From the NCBI GenBank assembly GCA_049515915.1, contig JBEKTP010000002.1, forward strand, positions 36,524 through 100,523: DNA of 64,000 nucleotides. Reading direction: 5' to 3'. A model generated the notes under the pieces. It was given only the letters and a program-made list of their open reading frames with translations, did no database searches and was not told where the DNA came from. This stretch comes from Patescibacteria group bacterium (lineage in GTDB: Bacteria > Patescibacteriota > UBA1384 > UBA12157 > JAENIV01). Positions 26,744 through 34,864 of this stretch are shown here, piece after piece (positions within the stretch are counted from its first letter, which is position 1; each line of letters begins with the position of its first letter). Both the position numbers and the translations under genes were made by a program.

Positions 26744-27136
26744 TCATTCTTGTTGAGCTTTTCGCTCCGCCAAAAAATTTTCAACCTTATCCACCACCTG
26801 TTGAGGCGTGACATCGGCTTTAACTAAATAATCAATCGCGCCAAGTTTAAAGCACTCAAAAACCGCGTCTTCCTGACCAAAATTGGTCAGTAAGATGACC
26901 GGGGTGTTAACCGTTACTGGTTGACTCCGCATTTTTTTAAACATGGCTAAACCGTCGAGCTTCGGCAACATAATATCAAGTAAAATAAGATCGGGTTTTT
27001 CGGAGGTCGCTTTTTCCAAACCTTCCAAACCATCGTAGGCAACCGCTACGTCATACCCATCCGCTAAGAATTTTCTTTCATACATTTTCACCAAAGTGAC
27101 GTCATCTTCCACTAAAAGCAATTTGGCCTTAGCCAT
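26744..27136 (-). CDS. stand-alone response-regulator receiver domain (CheY-like)
   Basis: LLLVEDD...DLILLDIMLPKLDG...K receiver motifs; no output domain. Confidence 0.8.
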   Translation of the reverse strand: MAKAKLLLVEDDVTLVKMYERKFLADGYDVAVAYDGLEGLEKATSEKPDLILLDIMLPKLDGLAMFKKMRSQPVTVNTPVILLTNFGQEDAVFECFKLGAIDYLVKADVTPQQVVDKVENFLAERKAQQE

Positions 27137-27185
27137 TTTTCTCCTTCGGTTGTATTGTATGTTATTTTAGTTTACTACTCAAACT

Positions 27186-29276
27186 TTAGACCGTCGGCGA
27201 GCTAAAACAAAAATCCGAACCTTTTCCTTCGACGGACGAAACTCTAATTTCGCCACCCATCATCTCGACTAGTTTCTTGGTAATCCAAAGCCCCAAGCCG
27301 GTGCCGGTAATCGTCCGGGTTTTATCAGTTTTAACCCGATAAAACTTAGCAAATAATTTCTTTTGTTCTTCAGGACTAATGCCATAACCCGTATCTTTGA
27401 CGTGGCAAAAAACTTTACCTTCTTTTTTTTCAAGGGCAATTTCAACTTTGCCGGCCGCTGTGTATTTAATAGCGTTACCGATTAAATTAATCAAAACTTG
27501 TCGGACTCTTTCTGGGTCAGCTTTAACCTTGTATTTGTCATCGGAATTTCCAATTTCGGATTTTAATTCTAAGCCCTTATCCTTGGCTTGAATCGAAAGC
27601 TCCTTAATTACCTCAGAAACCAGTTTGCCTAAATCCATAGGCACCGGCTTAATCTGAATCCGGCCCTCCTCGATCCGGCCGACATTTAGAAGATCATCGA
27701 CCAAATCAGCTAAACGCTGATTAATTTTGACCACTTCTTCAATCATCTCTTTCGTTTCCGGATTAACCCGACCGGTGTCGCCTTGCAAAATCATATCCAA
27801 ATAGCCTTTAATACCCGTAATCGGAGTACGCAGTTCGTGAGTGGCAATGGAAACAAGTTCCCGCTTCATCTGTTCAACTTCCAAGTCTTTAGAAATATTG
27901 CGGAAAACAACGATGGCCCCTATCACTTTATCCACGCTGTCGCGAATGGCGGCACAGGAAACCCAAGCCGGAAAATTTTCGCCGTGGCGATTAGAGAGAT
28001 AAACTTCCTGCAATGTTTCCGGCTGCCCGGAGGAGAGAACTTTATTGACTGGCAATTTGTCTTCGGACAAAGGAAATTCATGCTTGTCAGTAAATTTCAA
28101 CATATCTTTGACCGATTTACCGAGTGTTTCTTCTTCCAGAAACCCCAAAATATTTTCGCCCTCGGAATTTAGAAGGATAATTTTTTGATCCTGGTCGCAA
28201 GCCAAGACCCCTTCGCCAATCGAAGAAAGTAGAGCACTATCTTTTTTATGCTCTTCTTCAATCTCTTGATACATATAAGAGGAATTAACGACGACCGCCG
28301 CCTGTGATGAGAGAATGGCAAAAAGCCTTAAATCATCATTAGTGAAATTATGAGGGTTTTTCGACATGACGTGAATCACCCCCAATGTTTGGGATTTAAC
28401 TTTCAGTGGCGCGGCGATCAGACTTTTGACGCCATCAATGCCCGCGCGAGAGAGAACCTTACCTGTTTCGGTATCAATCTCACTTTCCAACTGCGGGACG
28501 CCTTTACAGAAAGCTTGCCCAGTAATTCCCTCGTCGGAGCGCATCCTTAGATCGGTAATCTGCTCGTCTGTTAACTTATAAGCCGGTTTGACCGAATGAA
28601 GGAGTTTATCTTGATGATTAAATAACGTAATGACACCGCGGTCGCCCCGGAGCATCCTCACAATTAAAGCGAGGATAGACGAAAGAGTTTCTTCAAAATT
28701 AAAAACGGTCGAAATGCTCCGCGAAAGTTCGTTTAGGGCCGAGAGCTCGGCCATTTTTTTCCGATTGTCAATGAGAAGTTCGGTCGAGCGAATACTGGCA
28801 ATCGCAATGGCCGCTTGATTAGCCACCGTCGAAATGAGATCAATATCTTTCTGAGAAAACTGTCTCGGCTTAAAATTAAAAAAGCTAATCACACCAAGGA
28901 TTTGGTCATGGGTAATCATCGGCACGGTGATTAAAGAGTGAAAGCCACCCTGGGCTAAAATTTTACTGGCAATTTGAGAAGTTTTTAGATCGGTAATGAC
29001 GGTTGGCTGACGTGTTTTAACCACGCCCCAAGAGACGCCGCCTTCCCGAGCCGAAATCGGCAATTCTTTCATCATATGCTCCGGCATCCCCACGGCGGTT
29101 CGCCGAATCATTTTATCCCCCTCTAAAGTCATGATCGTGCCGGCATCAAGGGCCAGTGCTTTGACTACTGTTTTAATCAACGGTTCCCAAAGACTCTCTA
29201 AATCATGCGCCTCAGCCGCAATTTTTGAGATCTCATAAAGCGAATCTAAAACAACTTTATTATCCTGTCCATCCAT
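27186..29276 (-). CDS. sensor histidine kinase with GAF and PAS sensory domains
   Basis: H-box ATHELRTPITGIKGY; C-terminal HATPase_c with GLGL G2 box; N-terminal GAF-like and PAS repeats. Confidence 0.8.
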   Translation of the reverse strand: MDGQDNKVVLDSLYEISKIAAEAHDLESLWEPLIKTVVKALALDAGTIMTLEGDKMIRRTAVGMPEHMMKELPISAREGGVSWGVVKTRQPTVITDLKTSQIASKILAQGGFHSLITVPMITHDQILGVISFFNFKPRQFSQKDIDLISTVANQAAIAIASIRSTELLIDNRKKMAELSALNELSRSISTVFNFEETLSSILALIVRMLRGDRGVITLFNHQDKLLHSVKPAYKLTDEQITDLRMRSDEGITGQAFCKGVPQLESEIDTETGKVLSRAGIDGVKSLIAAPLKVKSQTLGVIHVMSKNPHNFTNDDLRLFAILSSQAAVVVNSSYMYQEIEEEHKKDSALLSSIGEGVLACDQDQKIILLNSEGENILGFLEEETLGKSVKDMLKFTDKHEFPLSEDKLPVNKVLSSGQPETLQEVYLSNRHGENFPAWVSCAAIRDSVDKVIGAIVVFRNISKDLEVEQMKRELVSIATHELRTPITGIKGYLDMILQGDTGRVNPETKEMIEEVVKINQRLADLVDDLLNVGRIEEGRIQIKPVPMDLGKLVSEVIKELSIQAKDKGLELKSEIGNSDDKYKVKADPERVRQVLINLIGNAIKYTAAGKVEIALEKKEGKVFCHVKDTGYGISPEEQKKLFAKFYRVKTDKTRTITGTGLGLWITKKLVEMMGGEIRVSSVEGKGSDFCFSSPTV

Positions 29277-29701
29277 TATGCCTCTTTATTTTTCAAAACT
29301 TGGTTGACACTTTGAACCAGTTCTTGAAGCGAAGTTTTGTACTTAATGAGATATTTTTTAACGCCCAGTTTTTTTCCCTCTTCCATAAAAAGATCGGTGG
29401 TGCCAAGATTAGTTATGACAATTACTTTGATTGACGCTAACTCGGCATTGTCTCGCAGATTATGAATAAAACTAAACCCATCCATTCCCGGCATCATAAT
29501 GTCGAGTAAAATCAAATCGGGCAATTCTTGCTTGGCGATCGTCAGTCCTGCGCCGCCGGTCGAAGCCGTAAAAACTTTATAGCCAAGCTGCCCGAGCTCC
29601 CTTTTATACAAATCCAAGATCGATAAATCGTCTTCGACGATAAGAATCTTTTGTTCTTCCATCCCCACTCCTTTTGGATTTTTTACCTGAGTAGTTCTCA
29701 A
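29276..29701 (-). CDS. stand-alone response-regulator receiver domain
   Basis: KILIVEDD...DLILLDIMMPGMDG receiver motifs. Confidence 0.8.
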   Translation of the reverse strand: MRTTQVKNPKGVGMEEQKILIVEDDLSILDLYKRELGQLGYKVFTASTGGAGLTIAKQELPDLILLDIMMPGMDGFSFIHNLRDNAELASIKVIVITNLGTTDLFMEEGKKLGVKKYLIKYKTSLQELVQSVNQVLKNKEA

Positions 29702-29705
29702 CTAA

Positions 29706-30455
29706 TTACTTAAAAGCTCTTAAGGCAAAACTAAAGGTCGAGCCTTGGCCGACGGCGGAATTTTCCAACCAGACTTTGCCTCCTTGGGCTTCGGCCAAAC
29801 GTTTTGAAAGGTAAAGCCCGATGCCCGTCCCGCGCTCTTGACCGGTTAAAGTTAAGTTTCCTTTTGAAAATAACTGAAAAATTCTTTCCTGGTCTTCCTT
29901 TTGAATGCCAATACCGCTATCTTGGACATCGGCAACAATCCAACTAGGTGTTTGACGCAATGATACCGTTATCTGGCCCTTTTCATGGGTAAACTTAATG
30001 GCGTTAAGTGTTAGTGTCAATAAGACTTCGCGGACTCGATCCGGATCTCCCCGAACCAAAAGTTTCTCTTTGGCAGGCACGAATTGAAGACTAATATTTT
30101 TATCTTTAGCCCGAATATCACAATCTTTTACCACCTGGTCGGCTTGAGCGGCAAAATCAACTTTACTAAGTTTAAATTCGAATTCTTTCTCTTGGATCTT
30201 GGCGATTTTGAGCATTCGACTGACTAAACGAATCAAACGGTCGTTGGCGACGTAAGCTTGAGCTAAATATTCTTTCGCTTTGGCCGGAATCGAGCCGCTA
30301 TCGCCTTCTAAAACCATTGAAAGATAGCCTTTAACCTCTGTCATCGGCGTTCGGAGTTCATGCGACATGACCGATAAGAACTCCTGCTTTTCGGCTTCAA
30401 GCATGATTTTTAATCTCTTAATTTCTTCCAGGCTCTGATTAGCTTCGGTCATCAT
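29706..30455 (-). CDS. short histidine kinase (HisKA and HATPase only, no sensor domain)
   Basis: H-box MSHELRTPMTEVKGY; N, G1 and G2 boxes GTGIGL. Confidence 0.75.
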   Translation of the reverse strand: MMTEANQSLEEIKRLKIMLEAEKQEFLSVMSHELRTPMTEVKGYLSMVLEGDSGSIPAKAKEYLAQAYVANDRLIRLVSRMLKIAKIQEKEFEFKLSKVDFAAQADQVVKDCDIRAKDKNISLQFVPAKEKLLVRGDPDRVREVLLTLTLNAIKFTHEKGQITVSLRQTPSWIVADVQDSGIGIQKEDQERIFQLFSKGNLTLTGQERGTGIGLYLSKRLAEAQGGKVWLENSAVGQGSTFSFALRAFK

Positions 30456-32622
30456 ACCTCACATTCTCGTCCTCTTCCTGGCTTGGAAAATCTGGCGGGC
30501 CAGGTAACTTTTCCGGCTCTGAGCTTAAACCAGACGGTGACTGATAGGGCGGAAAATTGGGCGGGGATTGATAAGGCGGAGAGGATTGGCGGATTGGCGC
30601 GGTCGTCTGGTGACGCTCATGCTCAAGGGCGATCGGATCCATCATGACATCGCGCGGTTTAGCACCGTCCGGCGGGCCAACTATGCCGTCCTGCTCTAAA
30701 ATATCCAGTAGCCGCGCCGCCCGGGCATAACCAATCCGCAAGCGCCGCTGCAAGAGTGAGGCCGAAGCTTTGCCGGCCATCACCACCGTTTCTTTGGCTT
30801 CTTGGTAGAGTTCATCCGAGCCGGAGAGTTCGCCGCCGGGACCGTGAGAAGAGGTGGTGTGATAATTAAGAATCGATTCATCGTAAATGGCCGTCGCCTT
30901 GCTTTTTAAGAAATCGGTCACTTTCTCGACGTCTTTATCGGTGACCAAAACGCCTTGAATGCGTTTCGGCTTGCCCAACTCGTTGCCAATATAAAGCATG
31001 TCGCCGCGCCCCAACAATCGTTCGGCGCCGGAAAGATCCAAAATCGTCCGCGAGTCAACTTGGGAAGCGACCGCAAACGCAATGCGGTTGGTAATATTAG
31101 CTTTAATCAGACCGGTAATCACGTCCACCGACGGGCGCTGCGTGGCGACAACCAAATGGATGCCAACCGCCCGCGCCATCTGCGCCAACCTGACTACCGC
31201 CGCTTCCACTTCATTAGCCGCCTGAGCCATCAAATCGGCCAACTCGTCGATGAAAATAACAATGTAGGGCAATTTGCCGTTCGTCGGACTGGCGTTATAG
31301 GCTTCGATATTGCGTCGGCCGCCTTCCTGAAACAAGCGAAAGCGGCGATCCATTTCGGCGACCGTCCATTTTAAAGCCGAAATAGTTTTATCGACATCGT
31401 GAACAACCGGCGTCAAAAGATGCGGAATGCCGTTGAACTGAGTAAATTCCACCCTTTTCGGATCAACTAAAATCAACCGCAAATCCTGTGGTGAATTTTG
31501 ATAAAGCAACGCCAAAATCATCGAATTAATACAAACCGACTTGCCCGAACCGGTCGCTCCAGCAATCAAAAGGTGAGGCATGGTTTTAATGTCCACCACA
31601 AAAGGTGAACCAGCGACGTCGCGCCCTAAAGCGATGGTGAGGTTAGATTTGGCTTTAGACTTTTCGAAATCCTCCGATTCAAGAAGCTCGCGTAAGGTGA
31701 CAATCGCCTTGACTTTGTTGGGGATTTCAATGCCGACGGCCGACTTACCCGGAATAGGCGCTTCGATACGAATCGGGTGAGCGGCCAGGGCCAAAGCTAA
31801 ATCGTTTTGGCGCGCCGTAATTTGGGTCAATTTGACCCCCTCAGCCGGTTTTAAAGTGTATTGAGTGACCGTCGGACCGATGTTAACATCACCCATGGCC
31901 ACATCCATGCCAAAATCTTTAAGGGTTTTTTGAACAATTTCCACGTTTTTCGAGATATTGCCAGAAGTCGCTTTGGAAGTGCTGCCGTCGAGTAAATCAA
32001 TCGGCGGAAATTCCCAACTTGCGCCGCCAGATAAAGGCGGATAAGACGCCGGATAAGGCGATTGGCCGCGCGGCAAAGTTGTAAAAACACTTGCCCTCGG
32101 CTCATTGACCGTCACGCCCTCGCCGCTCGAACGTCCCAACCGTTCCCACAAAGCTTTAAGCGACGTGTTGAAAGCAATGAGAATAGAGACAATCGCTAAG
32201 ACGAAAACGACAATCAAACCGGCGAACGGACCCAAAAAGCCGTTGAAAAGATGTCGGATGCCCAAGCCCACACCGCCGCCAAGCGAGCCGAAAATGGCCG
32301 GCACAAAAATCAAAGATAAAATGGCGCCGATGACTGAAGAGGGCTTCAGCGGAAAGCGGTTGGGCATCAACAAGGCCGCCCCATAACCCATAAAAATAAA
32401 GGGAATCAGATAGCCGATAATTCCCCAGCCGTTAATTGACTCACGAATAAAAAAACGGCCAAAAGAACCGGCGAAGTTGAACATACCCAAAAAAGTGATC
32501 AAACCCAAGAGCAACAAAATCACCGCCACAATATCGCGAGTCGTGTCGGGATTAAGCGTCCAGTCCAACGATTCCCAAATTGAAAGCCGCTGGCCTTTGC
32601 GTCTATATTTTCGTTTAGCCAT
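30439..32622 (-). CDS. ftsK: DNA translocase FtsK/SpoIIIE
   Basis: N-terminal TM region, Walker A AGATGSGKS, C-terminal gamma winged-helix domain; ORF is open to 32694 but the start is probably the ATG at 32622 (MAKRKYRRKGQRLSIW). Confidence 0.85.
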   Translation of the reverse strand: MAKRKYRRKGQRLSIWESLDWTLNPDTTRDIVAVILLLLGLITFLGMFNFAGSFGRFFIRESINGWGIIGYLIPFIFMGYGAALLMPNRFPLKPSSVIGAILSLIFVPAIFGSLGGGVGLGIRHLFNGFLGPFAGLIVVFVLAIVSILIAFNTSLKALWERLGRSSGEGVTVNEPRASVFTTLPRGQSPYPASYPPLSGGASWEFPPIDLLDGSTSKATSGNISKNVEIVQKTLKDFGMDVAMGDVNIGPTVTQYTLKPAEGVKLTQITARQNDLALALAAHPIRIEAPIPGKSAVGIEIPNKVKAIVTLRELLESEDFEKSKAKSNLTIALGRDVAGSPFVVDIKTMPHLLIAGATGSGKSVCINSMILALLYQNSPQDLRLILVDPKRVEFTQFNGIPHLLTPVVHDVDKTISALKWTVAEMDRRFRLFQEGGRRNIEAYNASPTNGKLPYIVIFIDELADLMAQAANEVEAAVVRLAQMARAVGIHLVVATQRPSVDVITGLIKANITNRIAFAVASQVDSRTILDLSGAERLLGRGDMLYIGNELGKPKRIQGVLVTDKDVEKVTDFLKSKATAIYDESILNYHTTSSHGPGGELSGSDELYQEAKETVVMAGKASASLLQRRLRIGYARAARLLDILEQDGIVGPPDGAKPRDVMMDPIALEHERHQTTAPIRQSSPPYQSPPNFPPYQSPSGLSSEPEKLPGPPDFPSQEEDENVRYDDRS

Positions 32623-32659
32623 AGCCCTACCTTGTGATTTCTTTAAGTTATTAATATTA

Positions 32660-32790
32660 TAACACTCTATGTGAAATTTCGAAATTCGAAACAAATTCTA
32701 AATTTTAATGTTTTAAATTCTAAACGTTTGGAATTTGGGATTTGTTATTTAGATATTGTTTCGGATTTCGGATTTAGAGCTTCAGATTTA
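32660..32790. promoter_or_regulatory. AT-rich region with near-palindromic TTTCGAAATTCGAAA and TTTCGGATTTCGGATTT repeats upstream of ftsK
   Basis: Repeat units aaattcgaaa / tttcggattt / aaattctaaa seen directly; function unknown. Confidence 0.3.
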
Positions 32791-32805
32791 CGAAAAAACC
32801 GCTCT

Positions 32806-32940
32806 TTAGGCGGTTTTTTCAATCGTGTCTCGATGAAACTCGGTTAGTTTCCCTGTTTCAGGATCAAATTCGGCTTGAATCTGTTCTGGTGTTTCTGAAT
32901 TATCAATTTCCTGATTAATGTCTTGAATTGTTTCAGTCAT
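32806..32940 (-). CDS. small acidic hypothetical protein (44 aa) with DPET..FHR motif
   Basis: MTETIQDINQEIDNSETPEQIQAEFDPETGKLTEFHRDTIEKTA; its stop is embedded in the terminator hairpin AAAAAACCGC-TCTTTAG-GCGGTTTTTT (32795..32822). Confidence 0.35.
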   Translation of the reverse strand: MTETIQDINQEIDNSETPEQIQAEFDPETGKLTEFHRDTIEKTA

Positions 32941-32983
32941 GTTCCCTCCTACTATCTTTGTTTTTGTTTTATATTTATATTAT

Positions 32984-33199
32984 TTAAGCGGCTTTTCTTC
33001 CTTGTTCTTGTTCACCGCGATGAAATCTGATTACTTCCTTTGTTTCAGGATCGTAAGTTCCCTCATCGCTTTCCGGCACTTGTTTAACGACCCTGATTTT
33101 TCCGTGCGATGTTGCTAATTCCTCTTCGGTATAATCTGGTTCAATCTCCGCGGCTCTTTCTTCCTCTAAACTCATCACTCCACCTTCTTTTGATCTCAT
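32984..33199 (-). CDS. small acidic hypothetical protein (71 aa), paralog of the neighbouring 44-aa ORF
   Basis: Shares ...YDPETKEVIRFHRGEQ with ...FDPETGKLTEFHRD in the neighbour. Confidence 0.4.
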   Translation of the reverse strand: MRSKEGGVMSLEEERAAEIEPDYTEEELATSHGKIRVVKQVPESDEGTYDPETKEVIRFHRGEQEQGRKAA

Positions 33200-33263
33200 T
33201 TCCTCTCCTTTAGTAATCTATTATTAAATCATTATATCAGAAATTTTGTCTTAAGTCAATGGG

Positions 33264-33494
33264 CTAATTATTAGCGTACCAGTTTCCGGTTGATTTGCTC
33301 ACCTGTTCTTAACTATTCTATCCTCCCAAGCAGGAGGATAGACAACATTTTGCTCTTTTAAGAATGTTTGATTGGAACAAAATAAAAGCGTAAATAAGCC
33401 TGATAACCTGTAAGAAAATTCATCTTAAAAGCACAGAATGACAGCAAAATACATCAAAAAAAGCAACCGATAACTAGTACGCTAATCGATAATT
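33264..33494. repeat. ~230-bp element bounded by ~23-nt imperfect terminal inverted repeats (MITE-like), with an internal perfect 9-bp stem hairpin
   Basis: Left AATTAT-TAGCGTACCAGTT versus right reverse complement AATTATCGATTAGCGTACTAGTT; internal CTATCCTCC-CAAGCA-GGAGGATAG; no ORF inside. Confidence 0.45.
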
Positions 33495-33504
33495 TGGCTA
33501 ACAA

Positions 33505-33530
33505 AAACCGCCGCGGTTTTCCTACCGCGG
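33505..33530 (-). terminator. rho-independent terminator for the 33522..34190 gene
   Basis: Perfect 9-bp GC stem CCGCCGCGG/CCGCGGCGG followed on the minus strand by TTTTTGTT. Confidence 0.5.
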
Positions 33531-34190
33531 CGGGGTACTCTTTACCCTGAGCTGGGTCGAAGGGTCGCTTTCGCCATACGGCGGCTCAAAGAGCCAGCCT
33601 AAGCGCTCTTGCCACTTAGCCTCATAAGCCGCTCGCTTTTCTTTATAAAGAGCGGCGTCGATTGCCATTGGTAGTGGCACCCGAAAAGTCCGAAAGCCAA
33701 GCAGCAGTCGCCAGCAGTGTTCGACGTAGAACAGGTCGGAGATGAGCGGACTCACTTTGACAACCTTGCCGGCTGCTTGGGCCGCCTGGGCAAACTTGCT
33801 GACGCAATCGTTAAAGTGAAAACCACCTACCACTAACTCTTCTTCGGGAATCGCCCGGACGAGCCTGTTCCAATCAGGATATTTCTTTCTGGCCCATTTG
33901 CCATATTTGCCGTTGGGCAAGACAATGACGCCGGAATCAATCACCTGATCTTCCGGGCTAAGGCCGAAGTTCTTGGCAAGGTCCGAGACTTTCCCATCCT
34001 CGTCCCGGTGAACAATGACGGCTACTCGATATCCCCTTTTCCTAAGAAAGGCCACTGCCCTCGAGGGGATAACGAACATCTTTTCCAGCTGCTCCAGCGA
34101 TATCTCCGAATCGTAAAGCCGGATACGCGCCTCGTTTTCTTCGTGAGCCGTAATGACTGCGTGCGGAAAAAGTAAGACGAGCGCTTTCAT
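33522..34190 (-). CDS. hypothetical protein in a GC-rich island
   Basis: 222-aa ORF with clearly higher GC than flanking genes; no recognisable motif. Confidence 0.45.
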   Translation of the reverse strand: MKALVLLFPHAVITAHEENEARIRLYDSEISLEQLEKMFVIPSRAVAFLRKRGYRVAVIVHRDEDGKVSDLAKNFGLSPEDQVIDSGVIVLPNGKYGKWARKKYPDWNRLVRAIPEEELVVGGFHFNDCVSKFAQAAQAAGKVVKVSPLISDLFYVEHCWRLLLGFRTFRVPLPMAIDAALYKEKRAAYEAKWQERLGWLFEPPYGESDPSTQLRVKSTPPR

Positions 34191-34276
34191 CTCTTTCGCC
34201 TCCCTTTAAGGCAAACGTATTATATCAGCGAAGAGTAAAGATTTCAACCCTCGCATTAAGCTTTTTGGCGTGGGAG

Positions 34277-34305
34277 TTGACAAGGCAAATGGTCTTTGGT
34301 ACCAT
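34277..34305 (+). promoter_or_regulatory. sigma-70-like promoter TTGACA-17-TACCAT with TG extension, upstream of the 34437 ORF
   Basis: Hexamers read from the sequence. Confidence 0.35.
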
Positions 34306-34436
34306 ATTGAGGTCAGAAAAACCCCAGCACAATAGCTTCCTGACTTATTGAACTACGTTCAATCACGCAGGAGTGCTGTCTGCGGGGCAAGCAAGGATCT
34401 GACCCTTGAGGCCAGATTTTTGTTTTAGACACATCT

Positions 34437-34715
34437 TTGGGCGGGAGGGAAAGGTTGACTTACGACGATATCTTCAACGCCGCGAGAATCGAACAGCACA
34501 TTTCAGCAAAAGGAGAAGAAACGATCGTCGAACCCGAATCGGTGGCTCAAGAACTCGGAATCGAACCCGAGAAAGCAAGAAAAGCGCTCGACATTCACGT
34601 CGGCCTCAAATCGATGCGGCGAAAAGGAAAGGCCTACGCTTTTCCCCGCCAACTTCCTCGCCAAGATCCCCATCACGAGGCGGCTCGTAACATGCTGCCT
34701 CATCTTCACCCCTGA
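34437..34715 (+). CDS. hypothetical small protein in a GC-rich island
   Basis: 92-aa ORF preceded by GGGAGGG; may initiate at an in-frame TTG. Confidence 0.4.
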   Translation: MGGRERLTYDDIFNAARIEQHISAKGEETIVEPESVAQELGIEPEKARKALDIHVGLKSMRRKGKAYAFPRQLPRQDPHHEAARNMLPHLHP

Positions 34716-34722
34716 TTTCCCC

Positions 34723-34757
34723 GTTGAGTTGTCAGCCCGTCTGCCGAAAGGTAGGCG
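34723..34757 (+). terminator. rho-independent terminator with GAAA tetraloop
   Basis: 12-bp stem AGCCCGTCTGCC/GGTAGGCGGGCT with two G:U pairs, followed by TTTTCTT. Confidence 0.5.
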
Positions 34758-34864
34758 GGCTTTTCTTATCATAAACACCGGCGTGATATCAAAAACCGCT
34801 CAAGCGGCAAAGGTAATTAACGAAATTCAATAGCAAAGATCTAAAAAATGAATTCGACAAAGAT

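Noticed and set aside
30955-32386. Plus-strand ORFs (30955, 30998, 32105) inside ftsK
   Set aside because: They are antisense to conserved FtsK motor-domain codons with Arg/Pro-rich off-frame composition.
32623-32694. 24-codon N-terminal extension of ftsK
   Set aside because: The extension covers the AT-rich repeat region; MAKRKYRRKGQRLSIW matches typical FtsK N-termini.
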